Assembly: GCA_012522535.1 (NCBI GenBank)
Contig: JAAYKF010000028.1
Location: 1 to 50,708 of the forward strand
DNA: 50,708 nt
Source: Bacteroidales bacterium
Lineage (GTDB): Bacteria > Bacteroidota > Bacteroidia > Bacteroidales > WCHB1-69
Reading direction: 5' to 3'
Of this stretch, positions 39,897-49,338 are shown one piece after another. The position numbers and the translations under genes are program-made. Positions within the stretch are counted from its first letter, which is position 1, and each line of letters starts with the position of its first letter. The notes beneath the pieces were generated by a model, which was given only the letters and a program-made list of their open reading frames with translations, did not search any database and was not told the origin of the DNA.

Positions 39897-40343
39897 ATGA
39901 ATTTAAGTAGCTTAAAACCAGCAGCTGGATCAACCAAAAATGTGAAGCGTATAGGACGTGGAGAAGGATCAGGAAGAGGCGGAACATCAACACGCGGACA
40001 TAAAGGAGCAAAATCGCGCTCTGGTTATAAACAAAAATTAGGGTTCGAAGGTGGACAAATGCCACTATATAGACGAATACCAAAAGGTGGATTCAAAAAC
40101 ATTAATAGAGTAGAATATACTGCAGTGAATTTAAGTACATTACAGGCACTAGTCGAAACTAAAGGAATTACAGTATTTAATAAAGAGGTATTCCGTGAAA
40201 ATGGACTTGTGGGTAACAACAGCTTGGTTAAAATTCTTGCAAAAGGAGAGTTAACATCTAAAGTAGAAGTTACAGCAAACGCTTTTTCAAAAAAAGCAAT
40301 GGAAACAATTCAAAACTTAGGCGGAACAGCAACAAAAATTTAA
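39897..40343 (+). CDS. rplO: 50S ribosomal protein L15
   Basis: LKPAAGSTKNVKRIGRGEGSGRGGTSTRGHKG N-terminus. Confidence 0.97.
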   Translation: MNLSSLKPAAGSTKNVKRIGRGEGSGRGGTSTRGHKGAKSRSGYKQKLGFEGGQMPLYRRIPKGGFKNINRVEYTAVNLSTLQALVETKGITVFNKEVFRENGLVGNNSLVKILAKGELTSKVEVTANAFSKKAMETIQNLGGTATKI

Positions 40344-40346
40344 GAA

Positions 40347-41696
40347 ATGAGACGACTCATTAATACAATAAAAAATATATACAAAATTGAAGAACTACGC
40401 AATAGAATATTATACACTATTGCAATAGTGTTTATCTATCGTGTTGGTTCTCATATTGTATTACCAGGAATTGATGCAAACCTTTTAAACGATTTCTCAA
40501 GCAATGCTCAAAAAGGACTATTGGGAATCTTAGACATGTTCTCGGGAGGTGCATTCTCCAATGCATCAATATTTGCACTGGGAATTATGCCATATATTTC
40601 TGCGTCAATTGCTATACAACTTCTGGGAATGGCAGTGCCATACTTCCAACGACTGCAAAAAGAAGGAGAAAGTGGAAGAAAGAAAATAAACCAAATAACA
40701 AGATACCTTACAATTCTTGTTACAGGTTTACAAGCACCCGGATATATAGCAAGCCTTTCGAGCCAACTGCCACCACAGGCATTCTATCCATTCTTAGCAG
40801 ATGGATCACCGTCCAAATTGTTCCTATTTACATCAGTACTAATACTGATAGCCGGAACAATGTTCGTTATGTGGCTGGGCGAGAAAATTACCGACAAAGG
40901 AATAGGAAATGGAATCTCATTAATAATAATGATTGGGATTATATCCCGACTGCCAATGGCACTAGTTGGTGAATTTACATCAAGAATAGATGGCTCAGGT
41001 GGATTAATAATTTTTATTGTCGAGATAGTTGTACTTATAGGCGTTATTCTACTATCAATTCTACTTGTACAAGGAACACGTAGAATACCAGTGCAATATG
41101 CAAAAAGAGTTGTTGGAAACAAACAATATGGCGGAGTTAGACAATATCTACCCCTTAAAGTAAATGCAGCAGGTGTAATGCCTATCATTTTTGCTCAAGC
41201 AATTATGTTCCTACCCCTTACGTTTGTACAATTTTCAAGCTCAGAAAATTTGTCAGGGTTTGCAGCAGCATTTTCAAACTTCCACGGATTCTGGTACAAC
41301 TTCACCTTCGCAATATTAATTATTGGGTTTACATACGTATATACAGCCATAACCATTAATCCAAGCCAAATAGCCGAAGATATGAAGAAAAATGGCGGAT
41401 TTATACCCGGAGTAAAACCAGGAAAAAGAACAGCAGACTTTATAGATGGTGTAATGTCGAGAATTACACTACCAGGCTCAATATTCCTAGCATTTGTGGC
41501 CATTATGCCATCATTTGTTGGACTGGCTGGAGTGAGTTCACAATTTGCACAGTTCTATGGAGGAACATCACTACTAATTATGGTGGGAGTTGTACTGGAT
41601 ACACTACAACAAATTGAAAGCCACCTGCTTATGAGACACTACGATGGTCTAACAAAATCGGGAAGAATAAAAGGAAGATCATCAATAGGAATTTAA
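40347..41696 (+). CDS. secY: Preprotein translocase subunit SecY
   Basis: 10-TM protein with FALGIMPYISASI and GTSLLIMVGV motifs. Confidence 0.98.
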   Translation: MRRLINTIKNIYKIEELRNRILYTIAIVFIYRVGSHIVLPGIDANLLNDFSSNAQKGLLGILDMFSGGAFSNASIFALGIMPYISASIAIQLLGMAVPYFQRLQKEGESGRKKINQITRYLTILVTGLQAPGYIASLSSQLPPQAFYPFLADGSPSKLFLFTSVLILIAGTMFVMWLGEKITDKGIGNGISLIIMIGIISRLPMALVGEFTSRIDGSGGLIIFIVEIVVLIGVILLSILLVQGTRRIPVQYAKRVVGNKQYGGVRQYLPLKVNAAGVMPIIFAQAIMFLPLTFVQFSSSENLSGFAAAFSNFHGFWYNFTFAILIIGFTYVYTAITINPSQIAEDMKKNGGFIPGVKPGKRTADFIDGVMSRITLPGSIFLAFVAIMPSFVGLAGVSSQFAQFYGGTSLLIMVGVVLDTLQQIESHLLMRHYDGLTKSGRIKGRSSIGI

Positions 41697-41698
41697 TT

Positions 41699-42499
41699 GT
41701 GGGATTATTTTTTAACTCAAATACTAAATCTGAACTTGAAATAAAACTAATAAAAGAAAGTTCTTTGCTTGTTGGAAAAACACTTGCTGAAGTGGCACGT
41801 GTAATAAAACCAGGAGTTACTACAAAACATCTTGATGAAGTAGCTGAAGAATTTATCCTGAAAAATGGAGCAAAACCATCGTTTAAAGGATATAACGGAT
41901 TCCCAGCAACTTTGTGCGTATCGGTGAATGATGCAGTAGTGCACGGAATACCCAACGACTATGTCATAAAAGATGGCGACATAGTTTCGGTTGACTGTGG
42001 AGTTGTAAAAAATGGTTATCACGGCGATTATGCATATACATTTGCCATTGGCAATGTGAAAAGCGAATATTTAGACCTAATCGCCAAAACCAAAGAATCT
42101 CTATACAAAGGAATTGAAATGGCCATAGACGGAAATTATATCGGAGATATAGGCTATGCAATTCAATCATATGTTGAGAAACATGGATACTCAGTTGTTA
42201 GAGAATTAGTTGGACACGGAATAGGACGTTCATTGCACGAAAAACCAGAAGTTCCAAACTATGGAACACCCCAAAAAGGACCAAGGTTGAAAGAAGGAAT
42301 GGTTATTTGTATAGAGCCAATGATAAATTACGGACGACGTAACGTAATATTCGAAAACGACGGATGGACAGTAAGAACAGCCGACAGAAAACCTTCAGCA
42401 CATTTCGAACACCAAGTGGTGGTAAGAAAGGATAAAGCAGAGATAATATCAACATACGAATACATAGAACAAGAAATAGAAAGGAAAATTAATGGCTAA
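41699..42499 (+). CDS. map: Type I methionine aminopeptidase
   Basis: GTG start 2 nt after the secY stop. Metal-ligand motifs are [19 protein letters not shown] and ICIEPM. Confidence 0.95.
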   Translation: MGLFFNSNTKSELEIKLIKESSLLVGKTLAEVARVIKPGVTTKHLDEVAEEFILKNGAKPSFKGYNGFPATLCVSVNDAVVHGIPNDYVIKDGDIVSVDCGVVKNGYHGDYAYTFAIGNVKSEYLDLIAKTKESLYKGIEMAIDGNYIGDIGYAIQSYVEKHGYSVVRELVGHGIGRSLHEKPEVPNYGTPQKGPRLKEGMVICIEPMINYGRRNVIFENDGWTVRTADRKPSAHFEHQVVVRKDKAEIISTYEYIEQEIERKING

Positions 42500-42710
42500 A
42501 CAATTATCAATACAACAAGATGGCACAGTAATCGAGTCGTTAGGAAATGCGATGTTTAGAGTAGAGCTCGAAAATGGCCACGTGATTATAGCACACATCT
42601 CAGGTAAAATGCGTATGCACTACATTAGAATTTTACCCGGAGACAGAGTGCAAGTAGAGATGTCGCCATACGATTTAACCAAAGGAAGAATAACATTCAG
42701 ATATAAATAA
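42492..42710 (+). CDS. infA: Translation initiation factor IF-1
   Basis: 72 aa S1-like protein with [20 protein letters not shown] and [16 protein letters not shown] motifs. Overlaps map by 8 nt. Confidence 0.98.
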   Translation: MAKQLSIQQDGTVIESLGNAMFRVELENGHVIIAHISGKMRMHYIRILPGDRVQVEMSPYDLTKGRITFRYK

Positions 42711-42716
42711 TAGAAC

Positions 42717-42833
42717 ATGAAAACAAGAGCATCAGTTAAGAAAAGAACAGCAGACTGTAAAATTGTACGCCGAAAAGGTGTTGTATATGTTATAAATAAA
42801 AAAGACCCAAGACATAAACAACGTCAAGGCTAG
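42717..42833 (+). CDS. rpmJ: 50S ribosomal protein L36 (zinc-independent form)
   Basis: Hand-translated 38-aa ORF, not in the ORF track: [38 protein letters not shown]. It has a single Cys. Confidence 0.93.
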   Translation: MKTRASVKKRTADCKIVRRKGVVYVINKKDPRHKQRQG

Positions 42834-42869
42834 GAAGTAATAATAAATTTAAAATCATATTAAAATTTT

Positions 42870-43244
42870 ATGGCTAGAATAGCAGGTATTGATTTACCAA
42901 GAAACAAAAGAGGAGAAATAGGTTTAACCTATATTTTCGGAATAGGTCGTAGCACTGCACAGGACATTCTTGATGAATTAGGCATTAGCTACGATAAGAA
43001 AGTAAATGAATGGAACGATGCTGAATTGGCAGACATTCGCGAGAAAGTTGGTCAGTTGAAAATCGAAGGACAGCTACGTTCAGAAGTTCAAATGAACATT
43101 AAGAGATTAATGGATATTGGTTGTTATCGTGGAATTCGTCACCGTATTGGTTTACCACTGCGTGGACAAAATACCAAAAACAACGCACGTACCCGTAAAG
43201 GTAGAAGAAAAACAGTTGCTAACAAGAAGAAAGTAACTAAATAG
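42870..43244 (+). CDS. rpsM: 30S ribosomal protein S13
   Basis: [11 protein letters not shown]-terminus and [17 protein letters not shown] motif. Confidence 0.98.
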   Translation: MARIAGIDLPRNKRGEIGLTYIFGIGRSTAQDILDELGISYDKKVNEWNDAELADIREKVGQLKIEGQLRSEVQMNIKRLMDIGCYRGIRHRIGLPLRGQNTKNNARTRKGRRKTVANKKKVTK

Positions 43245-43275
43245 TAAATTATAAAGAAGGTTAGATAATAGCATT

Positions 43276-43665
43276 ATGGCAAAAACTTCAAGAGTTACAA
43301 GGAAAAAAACGGTGAAAGTCGAAGCTTTAGGAAGAGCATATATTTCAGCTTCGTTCAACAACATAATAGTTTCACTCACAAATAATGAAGGACAGGTTAT
43401 ATCTTGGTCTTCAGCCGGGAAAATGGGTTTCCGCGGTTCAAAGAAAAACACACCATACGCTGCACAAATGGCAGCACAAGATTGCTCAAAAGTAGCCTAT
43501 GACTTAGGTTTGCGTAAAGTAAAAGTATATGTGAAAGGACCCGGACAAGGTCGCGAGTCAGCTATACGTACAATACACACAGCAGGAATTGAAGTAACAG
43601 AAATTGTTGATATTACTCCACTTCCACATAATGGCTGTCGCCCCCCCAAACGTCGTAGAGTGTAA
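43276..43665 (+). CDS. rpsK: 30S ribosomal protein S11
   Basis: [10 protein letters not shown] and [18 protein letters not shown] motifs. Confidence 0.98.
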   Translation: MAKTSRVTRKKTVKVEALGRAYISASFNNIIVSLTNNEGQVISWSSAGKMGFRGSKKNTPYAAQMAAQDCSKVAYDLGLRKVKVYVKGPGQGRESAIRTIHTAGIEVTEIVDITPLPHNGCRPPKRRRV

Positions 43666-43704
43666 TTGTGTTAGTTTTAGTAATTAAAGTAAAAATATAA
43701 AGTA

Positions 43705-44313
43705 ATGGCAAGATATATTGGTCCAAAAACAAGAATAGCACGAAGATTTCGTGAGCCAATCTTCGGTCCTGATAAATATTTAGATAGAAAAAATTATCCT
43801 CCAGGACAACATGGTGCATCACGCAGACGCGGTAAAGTTTCTGAATATGGAGTACAGCTTCTTGAAAAACAAAAAGCAAAATATACATACGGAATACTTG
43901 AACGCCAATTTAGAAAAACTTTTAATGATGCAGCACGTATGCAAGGACGTACTGGCGATAACCTTCTGAAATTGTTAGAAGTAAGATTGGATAATACTGT
44001 ATTCCGCTTAGGAATAGCTCCCACAAGAGCAGCAGCACGTCAACTAGTTAGCCACAAACATATAACAGTGAACGGTGCAGTGGTAAATATACCATCTTAT
44101 AGACTTAAGGTTGGTGATAAAGTAGCAGTACGCGAAAAGTCAAAAGCATTGGAAGTTATTGTCGATTCATTATCAGGAGTTAGCTCAAGCAAATACCCAT
44201 GGTTAGAATGGAATCAAGAAGCATTTGAAGGAACACTATTAGTAGTGCCCGAACGTGCCGATATACCAGAACCAATCGAAGAGCAACACATAGTTGAATT
44301 GTACTCGAAATAA
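43705..44313 (+). CDS. rpsD: 30S ribosomal protein S4
   Basis: [16 protein letters not shown]-terminus and an S4 RNA-binding domain ([10 protein letters not shown]). Confidence 0.98.
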   Translation: MARYIGPKTRIARRFREPIFGPDKYLDRKNYPPGQHGASRRRGKVSEYGVQLLEKQKAKYTYGILERQFRKTFNDAARMQGRTGDNLLKLLEVRLDNTVFRLGIAPTRAAARQLVSHKHITVNGAVVNIPSYRLKVGDKVAVREKSKALEVIVDSLSGVSSSKYPWLEWNQEAFEGTLLVVPERADIPEPIEEQHIVELYSK

Positions 44314-44338
44314 CATTAAAAATTTAAATAGTATAACA

Positions 44339-45331
44339 ATGGCAATTTTAACATTCCAAAAACCCGATTTTACAGTAGTACTAGAATCCGACGAAAAAAG
44401 AGGTGTGTTCGAACTCAGACCACTTCAACCCGGCTTCGGTATAACTGTCGGTAATGCACTGCGCAGAGTTTTACTATCTTCCTTGGAAGGATTTGCCATA
44501 ACTTCAGTGAAAATTGAAGGAGTGGAACAAGAATTTTCTACTATAGAAGGAGTAATTGAAGACGTTACTGATATAATTCTTAACCTGAAACAAATACGTT
44601 TTAAAAGACAAGTTGAAGGAATAACAGAAGAAAAAGTAAATATTACAATTGGCGACCAAGAAGTATTTAAAGCCGGTGATATCAATAAGTTTTTAAATAA
44701 CTTCCAAATAATAGACCCCGAATTGGTAATTTGCCACATGGAACCAAGCGTTAAGCTAAATTTGGAAATTACAATTGACAAAGGTAGAGGCTATGTACTA
44801 GCAGAAGATAATAAAACCTTACACGAAGGAATAGGAATAATTGTAATGGACTCCATTCATACACCAATCCGAAACGTAAAATATCATATAGACGACTTTA
44901 GAGTTGAACAAAAAACAGACTTCGAAAAACTAACCATAGAAATAGAAACCGATGGCTCAATTCATCCCAAAGATGCACTTAAAGAAGGAGCGAAAATTCT
45001 AATTCAACACTTTATGCTCTTCTCTGATGATAAAATTACCTTCGAAGCAGAAGAAAAAAGTATTACCGAAGAGTTTGACGAAAACTCACTGCACATCAGA
45101 CAAGTACTTAAAACAAAACTTACCGATCTGGATCTGTCAGTTAGAGCACTCAACTGCTTAAAAGCTGCATATGTGGAAACACTTGGAGACCTAGTTACAT
45201 ATCAGAAAAATGAATTATTGAAGTTTAGAAACTTCGGAAAAAAATCACTGTCCGAATTGGAAGACCTATTAGAGTCTAAAAACCTAGAGTTCGGAATGAA
45301 TGTAGATAAATATAAATTAGATAAGGATTAA
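44339..45331 (+). CDS. rpoA: DNA-directed RNA polymerase alpha subunit
   Basis: Start set at [21 protein letters not shown] motif and a C-terminal domain with [10 protein letters not shown]. The ORF-track TTG at 44294 overlaps rpsD and is unlikely. Confidence 0.97.
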   Translation: MAILTFQKPDFTVVLESDEKRGVFELRPLQPGFGITVGNALRRVLLSSLEGFAITSVKIEGVEQEFSTIEGVIEDVTDIILNLKQIRFKRQVEGITEEKVNITIGDQEVFKAGDINKFLNNFQIIDPELVICHMEPSVKLNLEITIDKGRGYVLAEDNKTLHEGIGIIVMDSIHTPIRNVKYHIDDFRVEQKTDFEKLTIEIETDGSIHPKDALKEGAKILIQHFMLFSDDKITFEAEEKSITEEFDENSLHIRQVLKTKLTDLDLSVRALNCLKAAYVETLGDLVTYQKNELLKFRNFGKKSLSELEDLLESKNLEFGMNVDKYKLDKD

Positions 45332-45336
45332 TAGAA

Positions 45337-45921
45337 ATGAGACACGGAAAAAAAATAAACCATTTAGGAAGAAAAAGTGCTCACCGAAAAGCAATGCTGT
45401 CAAATATGGCATCGTCTCTAATTATTCATAAAAGAATAACAACAACTACAGCTAAAGCAAAAGCACTTAGAAAGTACGTTGAGCCAATTATAAATAGAAG
45501 TAAAGATGATACTACACATTCACGTAGAATGGTGTTCAGACAACTTCAAGATAAACACGCCGTTAGCGAGCTGTTCAGAGAAGTAGCCGTTAAAGTTGCA
45601 GACAGACCAGGTGGATATACAAGAATATTGAAAACTGGAAACAGACTTGGTGATAATGCCGAAATGTGTATAATTGAGCTGGTTGACTACAACGAAGCAT
45701 ACACAGCACAAAAAGAAACTAAAACTAAGAGAACCAGAAGAAGAAGATCTTCAACTCCAAAAACTGAAACTGTTGCACAAGATACTCTTGTTGCAGAAGA
45801 AACTAAAGAAGTGGCAGAAACTGAAGAGACTCCAAAAGCTGAAACTACTGAAGAAACTACCACTGCCGAAGAAACTCCAGTGGTAGAAGAAACTTCAGAA
45901 GAAACTACCGAAGAAGAATAA
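45337..45921 (+). CDS. rplQ: 50S ribosomal protein L17 with acidic E/T-rich C-terminal extension
   Basis: [21 protein letters not shown]-terminus, with the core ending near ELVDYNE. The last ~74 aa are low-complexity: a basic stretch, then E/T-rich sequence. Confidence 0.96.
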   Translation: MRHGKKINHLGRKSAHRKAMLSNMASSLIIHKRITTTTAKAKALRKYVEPIINRSKDDTTHSRRMVFRQLQDKHAVSELFREVAVKVADRPGGYTRILKTGNRLGDNAEMCIIELVDYNEAYTAQKETKTKRTRRRRSSTPKTETVAQDTLVAEETKEVAETEETPKAETTEETTTAEETPVVEETSEETTEEE

Positions 45922-45945
45922 TCTGGTAAACTTAAACTTAGATAC

Positions 45946-45976
45946 AAAAAGCTGTCAATTCCGACAGCTTTTTTTG
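45946..45976. terminator. Bidirectional intrinsic terminator between rplQ and the DUF4249-like gene
   Basis: AAAAAGCTGTC-AATTCC-GACAGCTTTTTTT, with A-run and T-run flanks on both sides. Confidence 0.85.
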
Positions 45977-45983
45977 TTTAGCA

Positions 45984-46859
45984 CTATGGCTCAATGGTGA
46001 AACTATAAGTTGAATAAGTGAAAGAACCAAAACAACCCAAGCCATTTTCAACATTGCTATAAATGGGAGTGGGCTCCGAAAAAGGCATCTCATCATAATT
46101 GTCAACACTTCTACTATAGGTAAAGTAGTGTTTATCAATGTGATATAGTCTAACCACCACTTTGTGTGTTGTGTCAATATCGTAATATGAAACAAATTGA
46201 ATTCCTATATCCTTGCCATCAAAATTGGCATCAGAAAAATATTCATCAATGGCGGTATTGTACATATATTGATTGCCCTCCCAACCATCCACCACAGAAT
46301 ATGCACTGGCTGAATAAAAATTTTCAGCACCAGCTAAATCAGTAAAATCAAAACTGTACAAAAAAACATTATTAAATTCATTATCAATATGTTTTATGCC
46401 CTTGAATTTCATATTCACATCATAAGCCAAGGGAACTGCAACACTTGCCCAAACCGATTGAAAGCCGGGTGCCGAAACCGATAATTTATATGTCTCACCC
46501 TCTTGAATTGAAAAACCATCTGTTATGATTTGATAATATTTGTCAATGCTATATTCAGTATCCTCTGTAACAAATTGGGCAGTTTTGCTTTCGCCAACAC
46601 TATTGCTAATAACAACAACTGCATTCTCAACAATATCTGCTCGATGCCACCAATTTAAGTTTTCAGTACTTCCATACTCGCCAACGGGTCTAGATTTGCT
46701 CACATAAGCCTTCAAAGTGTCCTGTTGAGGGGAAATAAAACAGTGAACAACCAATTTCGGGTCGTTGTTGGGAATATCCACTTCAAGCTCTTTTGTACAC
46801 GATAATGCCAAAATAAGAAGAGCTAATAAAAACAGTGATATATTAATTTTTCTTTGCAT
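45984..46859 (-). CDS. DUF4249-like lipoprotein
   Basis: Lipoprotein signal (LILALSC). The DIPNNDPKLVVHCF motif matches my memory of the DUF4249 family. Starts 3 nt after the upstream TonB-dependent receptor stop. Confidence 0.7.
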   Translation of the reverse strand: MQRKINISLFLLALLILALSCTKELEVDIPNNDPKLVVHCFISPQQDTLKAYVSKSRPVGEYGSTENLNWWHRADIVENAVVVISNSVGESKTAQFVTEDTEYSIDKYYQIITDGFSIQEGETYKLSVSAPGFQSVWASVAVPLAYDVNMKFKGIKHIDNEFNNVFLYSFDFTDLAGAENFYSASAYSVVDGWEGNQYMYNTAIDEYFSDANFDGKDIGIQFVSYYDIDTTHKVVVRLYHIDKHYFTYSRSVDNYDEMPFSEPTPIYSNVENGLGCFGSFTYSTYSFTIEP

Positions 46860-46862
46860 AAT

Positions 46863-49214
46863 TTAAAATTTTATGTTCCAACTAATGGAGGGAATAATGG
46901 GGAAAATTGATAGTTGTTTCAAGACATTTTTAACACCTCTATCTTCGTTATACACAGATTCGATATAATAGTAGAATGGGTTTTTCCTATTATATAAATT
47001 ATAAACTCCAAGCTCCACAGTAGATTCATATTTTTCTCTTACTTTATGAATTTGCAAGCCTAAGTCAAATCTGTGATAGGGAGCCATTCTAAAGCTGTTC
47101 TTTTCGCCGTAGTCAGACACTGTATGATTATAAATCATATTATTAGTTCCAAGGTGGTGTTCTCCAACGGAGAATGAGGCAAAGGGTAGCGTAATGGCAT
47201 TTCCAGTACCATAAACCCATGTGGCAGACAAGCTAATATCTTCATTGAACCTGAAAATAGAAACAACGGAAACATCATGTCTTCTGTCGTAGCGAGCATA
47301 AAACTTCTCTCCAAAGTTAAGCTCGTCAAACTGCATCTGTGTCCACGATAGGGTATAGCCCACCCAGCCAGAGAATTTGCCGCTGTTTTTACGAAACAAA
47401 ACTTCAGCACCATAGGACCAAGCTTGCCCATTGGTGATGTTTCTTTCCCAATCATATTCCATGGCATCGCCCGAGCCGTCGATGCTCAAAAAGCTTGCAC
47501 CCTCTTTGTAGCCGATAATATTATCCGATTTTTTGTAATAACCCTCCAATGACAAACTTAAGTCGTTTTGTGTAAAATCTTTTGCAATGCCACTTGCCAC
47601 CTGCCATGAGTTTTGTGGACGGATGTTTTTTGTAGAGGGGACCCATAAATCCGTAGGTAGCCCAACTCCAGTATGACTTAGCAAATGCAAAAATTGCGAC
47701 ATGGAAGCATATGAAGCTTTTATGGCAAAATCGGGCTTAAGCATGTAGCTGGCCGAAAAACGTGGCTCGGGACTCCAATAGTGCTCGCCCTTAACAGCAA
47801 ATGATGTAAGTCTGAAACCAGGGTTTAATCTCAATTTGTTTTTATAAAACTTCATCTCATCTTCCACATATAAGGAAGTTTCTATGCCATACTCCCTTTT
47901 GGTGAACTTTAAATCGTTGCTTGGGTCGTCATCTTTTAAAACAATAGAACCGGGAGTGAAAAGATGATAAACACTACTTATTCCAAATCGAATATTGTGA
48001 TTGGGGCTTAAATGATAGTGTAAATCGTACTTTGCAGCAAAATCATTCACATTGGATAAATATCTTAAACTGTAAACATATGAGTTGTATTCATTTTTGG
48101 CATACACACTCATGGTATAATTGCTAAAAATTAGGGATGCATTGGAAAATAGTTTATTGTTGAAAAGATGATTCCATCTTAATGTTCCTGTGGAGTTTTG
48201 CCAGTATAAGCCAGAACGTAGGGTGCTTTCTGAAGATGATAAATCGTTTAAGTAGAATTTATCACGACCAAAGTATCCACTCAAATAAACTTTATCCCTT
48301 GAGCCAAAATCGTAGTTGACTTTTGCATTCAAATCATAAAAATAGTAACCAGCAGTTGTGCCTTGAGTTTGAGCTATGATAAATGGTTGGGTCAAAACAT
48401 CAATATATGTCCTTCGACCAGAAATTATAAATGATGATTTATCCTTGATAATTGGACCCTCTAAAAGTAGTTTTGACGAAATAAAACCAATTCCAGCTTC
48501 GCCACCAAACTTCTCCTTATTGCCATCTTTCATTGTCATTTCTACCACCGACGACAATCTACCACCATGTCGGGCAGGGAAGCCTCCTTTGGTCAGTTCA
48601 ATAGACTTCAGGGCATCGCCGTTAAATAATGAAAAGAATCCAAAAAGATGATTGGCATTGTACACCACAGCTTCGTCTAAAATAATTAAATTTTGGTCGG
48701 GACCGCCACCACGCACATACAATCCGCTGGAACCCTCATTGCCCTTCTGAACGCCCGGCATCAGCTGCAAAGCCTTAAACACATCCTTTTCACCCAAAAG
48801 AGCAGGAATCATTTTTACATCCTTGGGTTTTATTTCCATGACGCTCATGCGAACATCTTCGCTGAGCTTGGTGATGCCTTCGCCCATAATAACCACCTCT
48901 TCCAATTCGCCTGCGTGCTCTAAGAAAATATCTAATCTCAAATCTTCTTTTAGCAATAATTTCTTTTCAACAGTTTTATAACCTACATACGACCACCTTA
49001 TGATGACGCTGTCAGTAGAATTTAACGTAAGCGAATAAAAACCGTAAATATTTGTACTTGTGCCCGTTCTTGCAATCGGATCGTAAATGTTTACACCAAC
49101 CAATGATTCGCGACTCCCTTTTTCATAAACATATCCGCTAATGGTTCCCTTTTGCGAGAAAGCAGAAAATGTAATTAGAAAAATAAGGAATGATATTGAT
49201 GTAGTTTTTTTCAT
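46863..49214 (-). CDS. TonB-dependent receptor with N-terminal carboxypeptidase-regulatory-like domain
   Basis: Signal peptide (FSAFSQ) and a GTISGYVYEKGSRESLVGVNIY CarbopepD_reg-like module. Plug domain (LQLMPGVQ, GGGPDQNLIILDE) and a beta-barrel ending in the aromatic WNIKF. Start set at MKKTTS (49214), downstream of the -7 box. Confidence 0.92.
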   Translation of the reverse strand: MKKTTSISFLIFLITFSAFSQKGTISGYVYEKGSRESLVGVNIYDPIARTGTSTNIYGFYSLTLNSTDSVIIRWSYVGYKTVEKKLLLKEDLRLDIFLEHAGELEEVVIMGEGITKLSEDVRMSVMEIKPKDVKMIPALLGEKDVFKALQLMPGVQKGNEGSSGLYVRGGGPDQNLIILDEAVVYNANHLFGFFSLFNGDALKSIELTKGGFPARHGGRLSSVVEMTMKDGNKEKFGGEAGIGFISSKLLLEGPIIKDKSSFIISGRRTYIDVLTQPFIIAQTQGTTAGYYFYDLNAKVNYDFGSRDKVYLSGYFGRDKFYLNDLSSSESTLRSGLYWQNSTGTLRWNHLFNNKLFSNASLIFSNYTMSVYAKNEYNSYVYSLRYLSNVNDFAAKYDLHYHLSPNHNIRFGISSVYHLFTPGSIVLKDDDPSNDLKFTKREYGIETSLYVEDEMKFYKNKLRLNPGFRLTSFAVKGEHYWSPEPRFSASYMLKPDFAIKASYASMSQFLHLLSHTGVGLPTDLWVPSTKNIRPQNSWQVASGIAKDFTQNDLSLSLEGYYKKSDNIIGYKEGASFLSIDGSGDAMEYDWERNITNGQAWSYGAEVLFRKNSGKFSGWVGYTLSWTQMQFDELNFGEKFYARYDRRHDVSVVSIFRFNEDISLSATWVYGTGNAITLPFASFSVGEHHLGTNNMIYNHTVSDYGEKNSFRMAPYHRFDLGLQIHKVREKYESTVELGVYNLYNRKNPFYYYIESVYNEDRGVKNVLKQLSIFPIIPSISWNIKF

Positions 49215-49230
49215 TTTCTCGAAATTTTGA

Positions 49231-49238
49231 CAAATGTA
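49231..49238 (-). promoter_or_regulatory. Candidate -7 box (TACATTTG on minus strand) for the receptor/DUF4249 operon
   Basis: The plus strand reads CAAATGTA, 17 nt upstream of the ATG at 49214. Confidence 0.5.
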
Positions 49239-49281
49239 TAACCATTTTGTCAATAAATAGCATTTATATGTTGTTCAAGTA

Positions 49282-49317
49282 TAAAAAAATAAGCAGGCTG
49301 ATAGAACCTGCTTATTT
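49282..49317 (-). terminator. Intrinsic terminator of the T9SS cargo gene
   Basis: The minus strand reads AAATAAGCAGG-TTCTATCAG-CCTGCTTATTTTTTTAT. Confidence 0.8.
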
Positions 49318-49338
49318 GTGAAAAACATTTATAAATAA

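Noticed and set aside
45674-45947. Alternative-frame ORFs over the L17 tail: 45674-45886 on the plus strand and 45687-45947 on the minus strand.
   Set aside because: These are artefacts of the GAAGAAACT-type repeat, which stays open in several frames. The products are pure low-complexity sequence.
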